A stretch of DNA of 64,000 bases. Origin: the human T2T-CHM13v2.0 reference genome, Homo sapiens. The stretch lies in the NCBI RefSeq assembly GCF_009914755.1, contig NC_060944.1; one strand, given 5' to 3'. The number at the start of each line of letters is the position of its first letter. Within the stretch, counting starts at the first letter, position 1. Of the stretch, positions 1 through 18,485 are shown one piece after another. The position numbers and the translations under genes are program-made. The notes beneath the pieces are model-generated. The model saw only the letters and a list, made by a program, of their open reading frames with translations, ran no database searches and had not been told where the DNA came from.

Positions 1-1686
1 TAACAGATTTTTTGTCCATCAAAAATGATTGTATTTTGATCTTTGGAGAAAAATGATGGATAGGAGACAGGACTAACTTGTAGCTCCCATTCAGATGGAC
101 AGAGCAACATGTGGAGACTCACACTGTGGACTTTTGCTCCAAAACCTACCACAGGAACATACCAGGAAAGCCAAGAGAATCCACAGAACCTTTGAAGGAA
201 ACTGATTGCTGCTGCAGGTCCCTGGAGACAACGGAAAAAACTCCGAAGACAAAGGACATAATCTCTTGGGAGCTCTAGGGCCCTGCTCACCTCCTGATCC
301 TCCCTACATTACTGCAGCTAATGCTGTCTTGAAAGTACCACCTCCTGGCTGGAGGCCAATCAACACAAAACTAGCACAACAAACAAAAATACAACCAAGA
401 CCCTCACAGAGTCCACTTCGCTCCCCTGCTACCTCCACCAGAGCAGGTGCTGGTATCCACAGCTGAGAGACCTGAAGACATCACATCACAGGACTCTGTG
501 CAGACACTCCAGTACCAGTCTGGAGCCCAGTAGCTCCACTGGTTGTCTAGATCCAGAAGAGAAATAACAATCACTGCAGTTTGGCTGTCAGGAAGCCATA
601 TCCCTGGGGGAAGGGGGAGAGCACCACATCAAGGGAGCACCCCATGGGACAAAAGAATCTGAACAGCAACACTCGAACTCCAGATCTTCCCTCTGACATA
701 GTCTACCCAAATGAAAATGAAACAGAAAAACAATCCTGGTAATAGGACAAAACAAGGTTCTTTAACACCCCCAAAAGATCACACTAGCTCACCAGCAATG
801 GATTCAAACCAAGAAGAAATCTCTGAATTGCCAAAAAAAGAATTCAGAAGGTCGATTATTAAGCTAATCAAGGAGGCACCAGAAAAAGGTGAAGTCCAAC
901 TTAATGAAATCAAAAAAATGATACAAGATATGAAGGGAAAAATCTTCAGTGAAATAGACAGAGTAAATAAATAACAGTCACAACTTCTAGAAATGAAGGA
1001 GATACTTAGAGAAATGCAAAATGCACTGGAAAGTCTCAGCAATAGAACCAAACAAGTAGAAGAAAGAACTTCAGAGCTTGAAGACAAGGCTTTCCTATTA
1101 ACCCAATCTAACAAACACAAAGAAAAAAGAATTCAAAAATGAACAAAGCCTCCAAGAAGTTTGTTGGTCTTGAGGAAGAAGAGAAATCTAAAAGTCTGGA
1201 AAGCATGTGTGAGGGAATAATTGAGGAAAACTTCCCTGGCCTTGCTAGAGATCTATACACCTAAATACAAGAAGCTCAAAGAACACCTGGGAGATTTATG
1301 GCAAAAAGAGCATCACTTAGGCACATAGTCATCAGGTTATCTAAAGTCAAGATGAAGGAAAGAATCTTAAGAGCTGTAAGGCAAAAGCATCAGGTAACCT
1401 GTAAAGGAAAACCTATCAGATTAACAGCAAATTTCTCAGCAGAAACCCTACAAGCTGGAAGGAATTGGGGCCCTATCTTTAGCCTCCTTAAACAAAACAA
1501 TTATCACCCAAGAATTTTGTGTCCAGTGAAACTAAGCTTCATAAATGAAAAAAAAAGATACACCTTTTTTCAGACAAACAAATGCTGAGAGAATTCACCA
1601 CTACCAAGCCAGCACTACAAGATCTGCTAAAAGGAGCTCTAAAGCTTAAAACACATCCTCAAAATACACCAAAATAGAGCCTCCTT

Positions 1687-1990
1687 TTTTTCTTTTTTTT
1701 TTTTTTTTGAGACAGTCTTGATCTGTCGCCCAGGCTAGAGTGCAGTGGTGCTATCTTGGCTCACTGCAAGCTCCACCTCCTGGGTTCATGCCATTCTCCT
1801 GTCTCAGCCTCCTGAGTAGCTGGGACTACAGGTGCCCGCCACCACGCCTGGCTATTTTTTTTTTGTATTTTTAGTAGAGATGGGGTTTCACCGTGTTAGC
1901 CAGGGTGATCTCAATCTCCTGACCTCGTGATCTGCCTGCCTCAGCCTCCCAAAGTGCTGGGATTACAGGCGTGAGCCACTGCACCCGGCC
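1687..1990 (-). mobile_element. Alu (AluY/Sc-like) inserted in L1
   Basis: Full dimer with poly(T); TSD aatagagcctcctt at 1673-1686 and 1991-2004. Confidence 0.95.
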
Positions 1991-2835
1991 AATAGAGCCT
2001 CCTTAAAGCATAAATCTCACAGGACCTATGGAACAAAAACACAATAAAAAAAAAAAAAACCCCAAGGTATTCAGGCAACAAAATTGCTTGATGAATAGAA
2101 TAGTACCTCACATGTCAATACTAACATTGATTGTAAATGGCCTAAATGCTCCACTTAAAAGACACAGAAACAAACAAAACAAAAACAAAACAAAAACAAA
2201 CACAAACAAAAGATACAGAATGGCAGAATGGATAAGAATTCACCAACCAAGTATCTGCTGTCTTCAAGAGACTTACCTAACACATGAGAACTCACATAAA
2301 CCTAAGGTAAAGCAGTGAAAAAGATATTTCATGCAAATGGACACCAAAAGCAAACATGAGTTCACTTAAGATATAAGCTATTCTTATATCAAAAAAAACA
2401 AACTTGAAAGCAACATCAGTTAACGAAGACAAAGAGGGCCTAGACAAAGAGGGCCTAATGGCCCCTTTTATCATGATAAAAGGACTTGTCCAACAGGAAA
2501 ATATCACAATCCTAAATATATACGCAAATAACACTGGAGCTCTTAAATTTATAAAACAATTGTTACTAGACTTAAGAAATGAGATAGACAGCAACACAAT
2601 AATAGTGGCGGATTTCAATACTCCACTGACAGCACTAGAGAGGTTATCAAGACAGAAAGTCAACAAAGAAACAATGGATTAAAACTATACCCTAGAACAA
2701 ATGGACTTAACAGATATTTATAGAACATTCTACGAGCAACTGCAGAATATACATTTTATTCATCAGCACATGGAACATTCTGTAAGATAGACCATATGAT
2801 AGGCCACAAAACAGTCTCAACAAATTTAAGAAAAT

Positions 2836-3237
<402 letters not shown>

Positions 3238-5989
3238 TAAATAACCTGCTCCTGAGTGATCGTTGGGTCAACAATGAAATCAAAATGGACGTTAAAAAAT
3301 TCTTTGAACTGAACGGTAATAGCGACATAACCTATCAAAACCTCTGGGCTACAGCAAAGACGGTGCTAAGAGGAAAGTTCATAGCCTTGAATGCCTGCAT
3401 CAAAAAGTCTGGAAGAGAACACATAGACAATCTGAGGTCACACCACACATAACTGGAGAAACAAGAACAAACCAACCCCAAACTCAGCAGAAGAAAAGAA
3501 ATAACAAAGATCAGAGCAGAACTAAATGAAATTGAAACAAAAAATACAAAAGATAAATGAAACAAAAAGCTTGTTCTTTGAAAATATAAATAAAATTGAT
3601 AGACCATTACCAAGATTAACCAAGAAAAGGAGAAGATCCAAATAAGCTCAATTAGAAATGAAACAGGAGATATTAAAACCAATACCATAGAAATACAAAA
3701 GCTAATTCAAGGCTACTATGAACACCTTTACACACATAAACTAGAAAACCTAGAGGAGATAGATAAATTCCTGGAAATATACAATTCTCCTAGATTAAAC
3801 CAGGAAGAAATAGAAACTCTGAACAGACCAATAACCAGCAGTGATATTGAAATGGTAATTTAAAAATTGTCAACAAAAAGAAGTCCAGTACCAGACAGAT
3901 TCACAGCTGAATTCTATCAGACATTCAAAAAAGAATTGGTACCAATCCTATTGACACTATTCCACAACACAGAGAAAGAGGGAACCCTCCCTAAACCATT
4001 CTATGAAGCCAGTATCACCCTAATATCAAAACCAGGAAAGGACATAACAAAGAAAAAGAAAACTACAGACCAATATCCCTGATGAACATAGATGCAAAAA
4101 TCCTCAACAAAATACTAGCTAACAAAATCCAACATCATATCAAAAAGATAATCCACCACGACCGAGTGGGTTTCACACCAGAGATGCAGGGTTGGTTCAA
4201 CATGCACAAGTCAATAAATGAGATATACGTAAACAGAATTAAAAACAAAAATCACATGGTCATCTCAATAGACACAGAAAAATTATTTGACAAAATCCAG
4301 CATCCCTTTATCATTAAAACCCTCAGCAAAATCGGCATAGAAGGGACATACCATAAGGCCATAAAAGCCTTCTACAACAAATCCACAGCCAACATAATAC
4401 TGAACAGGGGAAAATTGAAAGCATTCTCCCCGAGAACTGAAACAAGACAGGGAATGCCCCCTCTCATCACTTGTATTCAATATAGTACTGGAAGTGCTAG
4501 TCAGAGCAATCAGACAAGAGAAAGAAATAAAGGGCACCCAAACTGGTTTTAAAAAAGTCCAACTGTCACTATTTGCTGATGATATGATCATATACCTAGA
4601 AAACCCTGAAGACTTCTCCAAAAAGCTCCTAGAACTGATAAATGAATTCAGCAAAGTTTCAGGATACAAAATTAGTGTACACAAATCAGTAGCTCTGTTA
4701 CACACAGCAACCAAGCTGAGAATCAAATCAAGAACTCAACCCCTTTTACAACAGCTGCAAATAAAATAAAATAAAATACTTGGGATATACCTAACCGAGG
4801 AGGTGAAAGACCTCTACAAGGAAAACTACAAAACACTACTGAAAGAAATCATAAACAACACAAACAAATGGAAACACATCCCGTGCTCACAGATGGGTAC
4901 AATCAATGTGAAAATGACCATACTGCCAAAAACAATCAACAAATTCAATGCAATTCCCATAGAAATTACACCAGCATTCTTCACAGAACTAGAAAAAAAT
5001 AATTCTAATGTAGACCAATGAACAGAAGAGAAAACTCAGAAATAAAACCAAGTACCTACAGCCAACTGATCTTTGACAAAGCAAACACAAACAGTCGAGA
5101 AAAGACACCCTAGTCAACAAGTGGTGCTGGGATAATTGACTAGCCACAGGTAGAAGAGTGAAACTGGATCCTCATCTCTCACCTTATACAAAAATCAACT
5201 CAAGATAGATCAAAGATTTAAATATAAGACCTGAAACCTTAAAAATTCTAGAAGATAATATCAGAAAAATCCTTCTAGATATTGGCTTAGGCAAAGACTT
5301 CATGACCAAGAACCCAAAAGCAAATGCAACAAAAACAAAGATAAATAGATGGGACTTAATTAAACTAAAAAGCTTCTGCACAGCAAAAGAAACAATTAGC
5401 AGAGTAAATAGTCAACACACAGAATGGGAGAAAATCTTCACAATCCATACATCCAGCAAAGGACTAATACCCAGAATCTACAAGAAACTCAAACAAATCA
5501 GCAAGAAAAAGAAAACAATCCATATCAAAAAGTGGGCTAATGACATGAATAGATAATTCTCAAAAGAAGATAAACAAATGGCTAACAAGCATATAAAAAA
5601 TGCTCAGCATCACTAATGATCAGGGAATTGCAAATCAAAACAACAGTGAGATACCACCTTACTCCTACAAGAATGGCCATAATCAAAAAATTAAAAAAAA
5701 TTGATGTTAGCATAGATGTAGTGAAAAGGGAACACCTTTACACTGCTGGTGGGAATGTAAACTACTACAACCACAATGGAAAAAAGTATGGCGATTCCTT
5801 AAAGAACTAAAAGTAGAACTACCATTTGATCCAGCAATCCCACTACTGGGTTTCTGCCCAAAGAAAAAGAAGTCATTATATGAAAAAGATACTCACACAC
5901 ATATGTTTACAGCAGCACAATTCGCAATTGTAGAACTATGGAACCTGCCCAAATACCCATCAACCAATGAGTGGATAAAGAAACTGTGG

Positions 5990-6103
5990 TATATATATGT
6001 ATATGTATGTATATATATATATGTATGTATATATATGTGTGTATGTATATGTGTGTGTGTGTATATATATATGTGTGTGTATATGTATGTGTATATATAT
6101 ATA
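5990..6103. repeat. (TA)n/(TG)n compound microsatellite
   Basis: Directly visible. Confidence 0.95.
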
Positions 6104-6769
6104 TCCATATCCAGCAGCGGCTGGGTCTGAGTGAGAGTAATTAAGGAGGTGGAATTGGCTAAAATTGAATGAGCGTTTACTACGTGTCTGGGAGTCAGTG
6201 CTTTAAGCCCAGCCAGCCTAGGATCATTTCCATCTTTTACAAATGAAGGAAACTGGGCTCCGATAAAGTACAATATGTGCCCAGGTTCCCTGGTCTGCAG
6301 GTGATGGAGGCAGTTTTGGGACTTTGAGAGAAGGCGTGAAGAAAGGCTTCAGCTTTGGGGGGCTGTCATGAAGCAGGAGAGCCAGCAGGAGCAGGGGAGG
6401 AGATATAGGACCGGAGATGAAGATTTCCGCTCAGCATATGCTGCGCAGAAAGTCTGGCCGGCAGATGACTCCGCAGGTCTGGGCCAGGAGTGAGCCTGGG
6501 CCGCAGTTGGAGATTTGGGACACCTCCTTAATTTCCTGCCTTAAAGCCTTCACCCAGCAGTGAGGTCTCTGCTAGGACTGAGACCTCCCAATCCCAGCTC
6601 TGTCCTTTCTGGAGCCTCAAGAATGGCTAATTCAAGGATTGGGTGTCATCGTTCCCCCCAGCTAGTGTGAGTTGAACTTCACCACCCCAGGCCATTTCCC
6701 CTTGAACATGCTGGTCCCTCTGCCAGATTGGTCCCCCTCATTGATTGCACCCAGCCTGACCACTCTGCC

Positions 6770-6890
6770 ACTTACTAGCTGGGAGACCTCGGTCAACTGA
6801 CCAATTTAACTTGTCTGTGCCTCAGTCTCTGCATCTGTAATGGGAATGCGAATGATACCTGCCCGAGGGTTGTTATGAGGATTACATTTC
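6770..6890 (+). mobile_element. MIR fragment (another at ~6170-6300)
   Basis: MIR core ctctgccacttactagctggg...tctgtgcctcagt...catctgtaa...gggttgttatgaggatta. Confidence 0.7.
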
Positions 6891-7239
6891 TATTATTTTA
6901 AATTATTATTATTTTAATTAAATATTAGTACACATGTAATTGCTATTTAAATGTTGCTAAGTAAGAAAATGCAACTAGAGATTTTTGTATGGGGCATACT
7001 ACGAGCATTAAGAAAGAAGGTCAATTTTATTTGGAAGTTGGAAAGGGATCAAGAAAGAAATTATTCTTGGGCTCCGTCTGCCCTCACCTCCTTGCTGTGG
7101 CCAGTTAGTCTCAGGGCTTGGCTTCTGTTTGATAGTCTAGTGTGCTGTGGTGAAGCGGTTGTGTGCTAATTCTAATTTCTTTACGTTCTTCCCCCAAAAC
7201 CAGATATGTCAGGTCTTTTTTTGTCATTAATTTTTAAAA

Positions 7240-7535
7240 TTTTTATTTATTAATTTATTTTTGAGACAGGGTCTCGCTCTGTTGCCCAGGCTGGAGTGCA
7301 GTGATATGATCATGGCTCACTGCAGCCTCAGGTGCCTGGGCTCAAGCAATCCTCTAGCCTCAGCCTCCTGAGTAGCTGGGATCACAGGTGTGTGCCACCA
7401 CACTCAGCTAATTTTCTTATTATTTTTAGAGATGGGGTCTTGTTGTGTTGGCCAGGCTGGTCTTGAACTCCTGGGCTTCAGTGATCCTCCTGTTTCTGCC
7501 TCCTAAAGTGTGGGGATTACAGACATGAGCTCACA
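7240..7535 (-). mobile_element. AluJ
   Basis: Diverged Alu dimer with AluJ-type gctcaagcaatcctc. Confidence 0.9.
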
Positions 7536-10820
<3,285 letters not shown>

Positions 10821-11358
10821 TCCTCTGTTGATGGACATTTGGGTTGTTCCCAGTTTGAGGATGGTACAAAAAGAAATGCTGAAAACATTCCTGCAGGTAT
10901 TTTTGGTGGTCCTATGCACTCATTTTGCTTCAGTATACACATAGAAGTGTGAAACTGCTGTATCCAAAGATATGGATGTGTTCAGCTTTATGAAACTGTG
11001 CCAATTGGGTTTCCAAGGTAGTTGTACCAGTTTCCACTTATGCCTGGAGTTAGTCATATTTAAAAACTAGAAACATTTCTTTCATATTGAAATAACTCTG
11101 GGATTTGCATAATTCAAAGGAGGCCTGGTACGGCTTGTAACAATCTGAACCATCCTCCTTTTCAACAGAGAATTGTAAAATGGTATTAAAGGAGTATAAT
11201 TTGTTCCCCTTGCTAATAGTAAAAGAGAAATGATTCACACAAAGACACAGAGAATAATGGAAGCCAGCATTCTTGAATCTGTCTTCCCTGTATTAAACTA
11301 TTACCTAATTAACAGCATGCTGGGGTCGTACATTGGATTCTGGAGCCAACCTCCAGGG

Positions 11359-11582
11359 TGCACTGGAGTCTATTTGAGGATGGAGGGTGGGAGAAGGGAG
11401 AAGAGCAGAAAACATAACTATTGGGTACTGGGTTTAATACCTGAGTGATGAAATCTTCTGTCCAAGAAACCCCCATGACATGGGTTTACCTATGTAACAA
11501 ACCTTCACATGGACCTTTGAACCTAAAATAAAGGGCCTTTATTACAAGGCCTTTATCACAAGGACCTTTGAACCTAAAAAAA
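11359..11582 (+). mobile_element. Older L1PA 3' terminal fragment
   Basis: aactattgggtactggg...cccatgacatgggtttacctatgtaacaaacct...gaacctaaaataaa. Confidence 0.85.
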
Positions 11583-11669
11583 AGTTTTTTTTTTTAAAGA
11601 AAAAACATTCTGCTAAAAATGTACAAATGTATGATACAATTGAATATTTGAATACAACTGAATATATTA

Positions 11670-12209
<540 letters not shown>

Positions 12210-14664
12210 CTAAATATCTAGAAGTGAAATGATACAATGTCTGGGATTTGCTTCAGTTCTATGGGTGGAGGGGGATGTCACTGAGTGGGATGTGGGGGGC
12301 AGGACCAGTCACCACTGATGGCAGTTGAGGCTGGGCGATGGGTACTGTGGATTCACTCAACTCTGAACCATTTCTGTGTATCTTCAAAACTTTCCATGGT
12401 AAAGTTATTTTTAAAAGCTACTCTTAAAAAAAGATATAAAAAATCATGTAATCTATTTTAGAAAAATTTCCATCAAAATTGCTAAAATAAAATATGGCAA
12501 TTGAGGAAGGAAAAAAGTAAGAAAAAAATGCAGGAAATATAGTAACATATTTTACAATAATGTCAATCCAAAATATTATTTAAGAAGATTTTGCTACATG
12601 ACACGAGTAGGGAGTGATATTGTCAATTATCTGAAGTTGCCCATCTAGAAGTTATCAATAAGCTTATTTATCCATCATGAATTTGCTGGTAACCCACTGG
12701 GGGCAGAGCATCAGGAACCCCAGCCCGGGCAGGGAGACCTAGGCAGTGTCCTCATCGGCCTCCCCGCCTATGCCAGTGACCATACCACCAAGTCTCTCTG
12801 CGTCTGTTTTCTGCTCTGAACAGTGGAGCTCATGATGGCATTAGAGCAACACCCATTTTACTGTGTTGTGAGGAGTAAAGATCATAATGGACATAGGTGC
12901 TCTTGATTCATTTGGGAAAAAAGAGGGGCATGGGGCAGGGATTTGCTTGTGGAATAGTGCTCTGAGGGCAGGGAAAGCAGGTAGCTATTTTTATGGGAAC
13001 CACACACAACCCTAATACTGTAGGAGTTGAAAGAACAAGCTTTTAGGATGGCTCCCAGCACTGCCCCTTGGGAGCTGTCTGCCTTGGGCACTCTTTGCCA
13101 TAGGCGCTGTCTGTCGGTGCCCCAACGACGTCTTCATCCTGGAATTCAATCAGACCTCAAAGCCCCGTGGTGATAATCAAAAGTATCAATATGTGGCAAA
13201 GGTGTAGAAGAGTGATTGGCTTGTAGGAAGCACTTAAGGCAGGTGCACAATCAACTTTGTGATTACTACTAATATAATAAAGCAGCAGGTTGTTTACTCT
13301 GATGTCCCGTGGACCCCTTAAATATTTCTGGAGCCAGGCCTATGTCTGCAAAATGATGAGTTGCTGCCCCAGAGAGCTACAGCATCTTTCTGTAAAACCA
13401 TAATTGATTCAGACTGTACCTAACTAACCTAGCCAGAAAGTTGGAATTTCAAGATGACCAACTAGACCTTTAATAGTTCAGTGCTTTTATAGTTCATGTC
13501 CAGGGTCACATGTCACTGGGAAACAAACCTCCATCCTTCTGTCCTGTGAAATGGGTACTCATCCTCAAGGTGGTAGAAAGGAGAGGCTGCTTTCCACTCT
13601 GTTGATGTTGTTAAGTCCTTGCTTAAAGGGTAAGACTGGGAGGTCCCAGGAAGGCAGCCTGAACAATTTCTCTTCTCTCTGGGTTTGCCACAGACACTTC
13701 AGTGCCTGCCTTCCTGACAGTGGGATACGCCGGGTGATTCACCAGGTTCAGTCTGGGAGGAGGCGTGGAGGATCCTGCCTATCTTCTCAGACACGCAAAG
13801 TCCCAGGTTTTGTTTTCCGAGTCTTGGCGTCCCCAGCCGAAGTTCCTGGGTACTGGCTGCCACCCATGGGAGAGGGGAACACCCACCAGCTCCACCCCAT
13901 AGGACATTGCTAGGGCCTTAGTCACCTAGAAAAGCCCTCCACGTATTTGCCTGGTTAATGCAACAATAGAAGGGTTACGCCCCAGCAACTTTGGTCTCCT
14001 CACTCGGTCACCTCAAGAAAGCCTCATCAAACCTTTGCCATGAAAGCACAATGCCAGAAACGCGGATGCGTGCCTGGCTTAGCCATACTTGGGCTGCTCT
14101 TCATTCAAAAAGGCCTCTGGCAGCCTCTCCTGAAATCATTTGGGCTCGAGATGTCATTCCCTGGTCACACCTAGATTCTTAACTGATTTGTTAAGATTTA
14201 TGAAGAAAGGCTCCATTCTCTTATTCACTTGGCAAATACTTTTTGGCTCCTGTTCAGAGGTGATTGCAAGAAGCACACGGAGAAGTCAGATGTGGTCTCC
14301 GGAGCTGTTCTGGCAGTTTTCACAAGGCCCAGGGGCAGGGTAGAGGTGCATGAGGCCGGGGTGAGTTCTTGGCCTGAAGATCTGAAGACATAGACAAGTT
14401 GAGGTACTGCTAACATCCCCTAGGGAGTCCCAGACTTTTGTGCCACCTGGGGTCAGGCAACAGGGAGTGGTAGGGCCTGCGGTAAACCAGAGAATGCACG
14501 GGCTTTCTAGAGAGCAGCCGCCCTCCCTAGTAGCTGACTGCTGCCTTGTGGAAATAAGTGCCCAGCTGAGCCAGATCTCTTGTTTTGTCAAGAGAAGCCA
14601 GGAATTTGGAGTTATTGTGAAATTTACGGTATTTCATGTTAACAACTAATTTTTTAAAAATTAT

Positions 14665-15465
14665 ATACACACATGGAAAGATGCTCAACATTGGTAATCA
14701 TTAGGGAAAAACACACCAAAACTACAATGAAATACCACCTCACATCCATTAGGATGGCCATTATTTTTTTAAAAAAGAAAATAAGAAATGTTGGTGAGAA
14801 TGTGGAGAAGTTGAAATCCTTGTGCCCTGTCAGTAGGAATGTAAAACGGTATAGCCACCGTGAAAAACAGTATGGCAGTTCTGCAAAAAATTAAAAATAG
14901 AACTACCATATGATCCAGCATTTCCACTTCTGGGTATACTTCCAAAAGAACTGAAAGCAGGGATACTAACAGATATTTATACACCTCTGTTTGTAGCAGC
15001 GTTATTCGTAATAGCCAAACTGTACCAGGAACCCAAGTGTCCATCAGTAGGTGAATGGATTAGCAAAATGTGATATACGTGAGTGTATACAATGAGACAT
15101 TATTTAGCCTTAAAAAGGAAGGAAATTCTGACAGTGTTACAACGTGGATGGGTCTTGAAGACATCATGCTAAGTGATGTAAGCCAGTCACAAGAAGACAA
15201 ATGCTGCATGATTCCGCTTCTATGAGGTACCCAGAATTGTCAAAGTCACAGAGACAGAAAATAGAATGGTGGGTTGCCAGGAGCTGGGAGAGAAGAGAAT
15301 GGAGAATTAGCATTTAATGGATATAGTTTCTGTTTTGCAAGATAAAAAGAGCTCTGGAGATGGTTGTACAACATTATGAATGTATTTAATGCCACTCAAC
15401 TATACACTCAAAATGGATAAAATGGTGAATTCTATGTTATGTGTATTTTACCACAATAAAAAAAA
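14665..15465 (+). mobile_element. L1MB-like 3' end
   Basis: ORF2 C-terminus (TTMKYHLTSIRMAII) and L1M 3'UTR ending ccacaataaaaaaaaa. Confidence 0.9.
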
Positions 15466-16047
15466 ATGGGAACAAAATTGTAAGTACAGCACAATTCAAA
15501 CAAAATTTGTCTTTGGGTCCTGTGGGGCCCGAGGCTGCTAGCTTGTCCTTCTGCCCTACTGGTCTTCTGCGAGAGCCCATGGCCGTTCCACATTCTGGCC
15601 TAACTCCACTCTGCGTAGTCTTGGGAGCTGGACACACCTAGGTTTGAATCCTGGCTCTGCTCCTTAGTAGTCATGAGATGCTGAATTCTTCTCTACCAAT
15701 GGGTCTGGGATTATAAAAGCTTTGTCTCTGAGAATATTTGTTTCCTACCAGAAGGCTCTGAAGGAAACAAATCTACTAGATTCACGACCTGGACAGAGCA
15801 TCCATTGCCAATGTGAATAAACTCTGTGTGAAACTAAAGCAGAGCTCAGCTCCTGGCTGTGAGGACGAGTTCCCAGCACACTGATTTGAAGTGGTACTTC
15901 AGAACTATAAACTCTCTTTGACCTCATGCTTAACATTTTAAGAAGAGGGCAGCAAAATCGCCAAGGTCTGCTGAGAGCAAGTGTTCATGTGCACCCAGCC
16001 AAACATTGTGAAGAAAAGGAGTAGGGAGAGGACATATTCACAAAACA

Positions 16048-16348
<301 letters not shown>

Positions 16349-16638
16349 ATTTTTTAAATAATGTAATTTCCCCCACAATTTCCCTGTAGAGTTTGAAATT
16401 TTTGTTGTTGTCTGTTTTGTCTGAGGGATTCCAATGGACTTGCTTTTTCTTATGGTATAAAATGTAGCAAAAGTAAATTAGAATTTTTGAGTTATATTCT
16501 TAAAATTTGCCACCTTTCCTTGGACAGGTACTAGAGATTTGAAAACAAATAAACTGTGCCAGGCCCCTGTCTGCAAGGAGCCGACATTGTAGAGGAGAAG
16601 ACAGAGTGTGCTTAAGCGTAGTTTGCTAACTTCTGAGT

Positions 16639-17119
16639 GTGAAAATTGATTATACAAATTGGGTCATTCTTGTCATACCCAACAAAAACAGAGTTGAGAA
16701 ACCAGAAGGGAAAAGCACTTGCGGCATATAGCATTGCTCCAAAAATTTAATTCTCTCCAAGTCCAGCAGCTAAAGCTGCCTGTGGTAACCTAAGACCAGC
16801 TTTACCCAATAGCTGCTGAAACAAGACCAGCCTTGGACCAGCTTTACCCAATAGCTGCTACAGCTCAAAGACTAATTTTACCCAGGCCTGTGGCTCACCA
16901 ACTGGAGCTTTCCAGCTCCCCACAACTTTACTAATACCCATGAACTTTCTTTCAAGACCACAGGCAACATTTCTTTTTAAAAATAAAACCCCCAACTTTC
17001 TCTTTGTTCTTCAGACACACCAAAGAGTACCTAGTCTGTGTGTACGCCCCAAATTGCAATTCTTGTATCCCAAATAAAACGTTAAATTTAGAGACTCATC
17101 TCTACATTTTTATTAGACT
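16639..17119 (+). mobile_element. ERV1-class (MER4-group) solo LTR
   Basis: Starts TGTGAAA; AATAAA near the 3' end; resembles MER4-group LTRs; subfamily not resolved. Confidence 0.7.
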
Positions 17120-17155
17120 ATGGCATGGGCAAGAGGGTGCAACAAGAGTACCCCG

Positions 17156-17452
17156 CTGGGCACAGTGGCTCATGCCTGTAATCCCAGCACTTTGGGAGGC
17201 TGAGGCAGTTGGATCACCTGAGGTCAGGAGTTCAAGATCTGCTTAGCCAACATGGTGAAACCCTGTCTCTACTAAAAATACAAAAATTAGCTGGGTGTGG
17301 TGGCACACACCTGTAATCCCAGCTACTCAGGAGGCTGAGGCAGGAGAATCACTTGAACCCAAGAGACGGAGTTTGCAGCCGAGATAGTGCCACTACACTC
17401 TAGCCTGGGAGACAGAGTGAGACTCCGTCTCAAAAAAAAGAAGAAAAAAAAA
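17156..17452 (+). mobile_element. AluS
   Basis: Full dimer with A tail. Confidence 0.95.
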
Positions 17453-17630
17453 GGCACTAAGAGTACCTAGGATAGGTAAGCAACTCAGCTAGATAGGAGA
17501 GGCCAGGGAAGTGGCCTGCTGGAGAGGAGATCAGAGTTGAAAAATAAGGCTGACCAGGAGTTAGCCAGAGTAAGTGGGAGTGGGGAGATGGAGGAGCCCA
17601 CAGAGGTGGAGCTCACCTGTTTGCCTGTGA

Positions 17631-18102
17631 TGTAAGGCCTAGAATTTCGTTCAATATTAAGTGCTGCTTTGACATCTGGTCAAACTGAGAGAGCCTAGAA
17701 TGCTCTAACCACAAATTCCCCTCCCTTCTGCTCTCTTGGATAAGATCCCCTAGCCAAACACGGTGCAGTTCCTGCTTATCTCTGAGCAGTGGGTGTCAGT
17801 CAGTTCCCTGTCAGCCTGAGAAATTATTCAAACAAGCCCATCATATTCTGCTGCAGGAATCAGGAATCACCCTACCCTTTTGATAGCACAAAGCCTGACT
17901 CCAGACCCTGGCTATTCACTCTGTTCCCAAGTGTAGCCCCTGTGGCCCTGCGTGCTATGCTGTGTTCTGATCCAGAATGTGAGTTATAAACTGCCGTCAT
18001 CTCATCTGTCCAGTGTGAGGTGTCCTGTGTTTGGCCATCCCCATAACCCTGGAACAGGAATCCCTTTCTCACCAGCAGGATGAATAGCAGGTGATTAAAA
18101 CA
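17631..18102 (+). mobile_element. ERV1 solo LTR (MER67/MER31-like)
   Basis: TGTAAGG...AAAACA termini; tgctgctttgacatctgg and gataagatcccctagccaaaca resemble MER67. Confidence 0.7.
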
Positions 18103-18311
18103 ATCCCTGTAAGGGGTCTGTGTGCAAAGCCATCAATCAGCATTGCTCAAGGATCCCCTGAGGTTGGGAGCAACAGGATGGCTGCTAAGGAAGTGGTCAG
18201 AGACCAGCCCCGGAAAGTTTTAGTCCCTTTTAACCAGCCATTGCAGATCATAGTGGCGGGAGCCCCTGGGGGGTGTCGAGCAGGGGTTAGCCCCCTGGCC
18301 AGATCTGAGTT

Positions 18312-18485
18312 GTTGCTTTATTTTATTTTATTTATTTATTTGTTTATTTTACTTTAAGTTCTAGGGTACATGTGCACAACGTGCAGGTTTGTTACATATG
18401 TATACATGTGCCATGTTGGTGTGCTGCACCCATTAACTCGTCATTTACATTAGGTATATCTCCTAATGCTATCCCTCCCCACTCT
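18312..18485 (-). mobile_element. Extremely 5'-truncated L1PA 3' end
   Basis: L1PA 3'UTR terminus with (TTTA)n tail; TSD ccagatctgagtt at 18299 and 18486. Confidence 0.95.

Noticed and set aside
13400-14640. Repeat-poor stretch with several short ORFs
   Set aside because: No recognisable protein or consistent splice chain; could be regulatory, but unsupported
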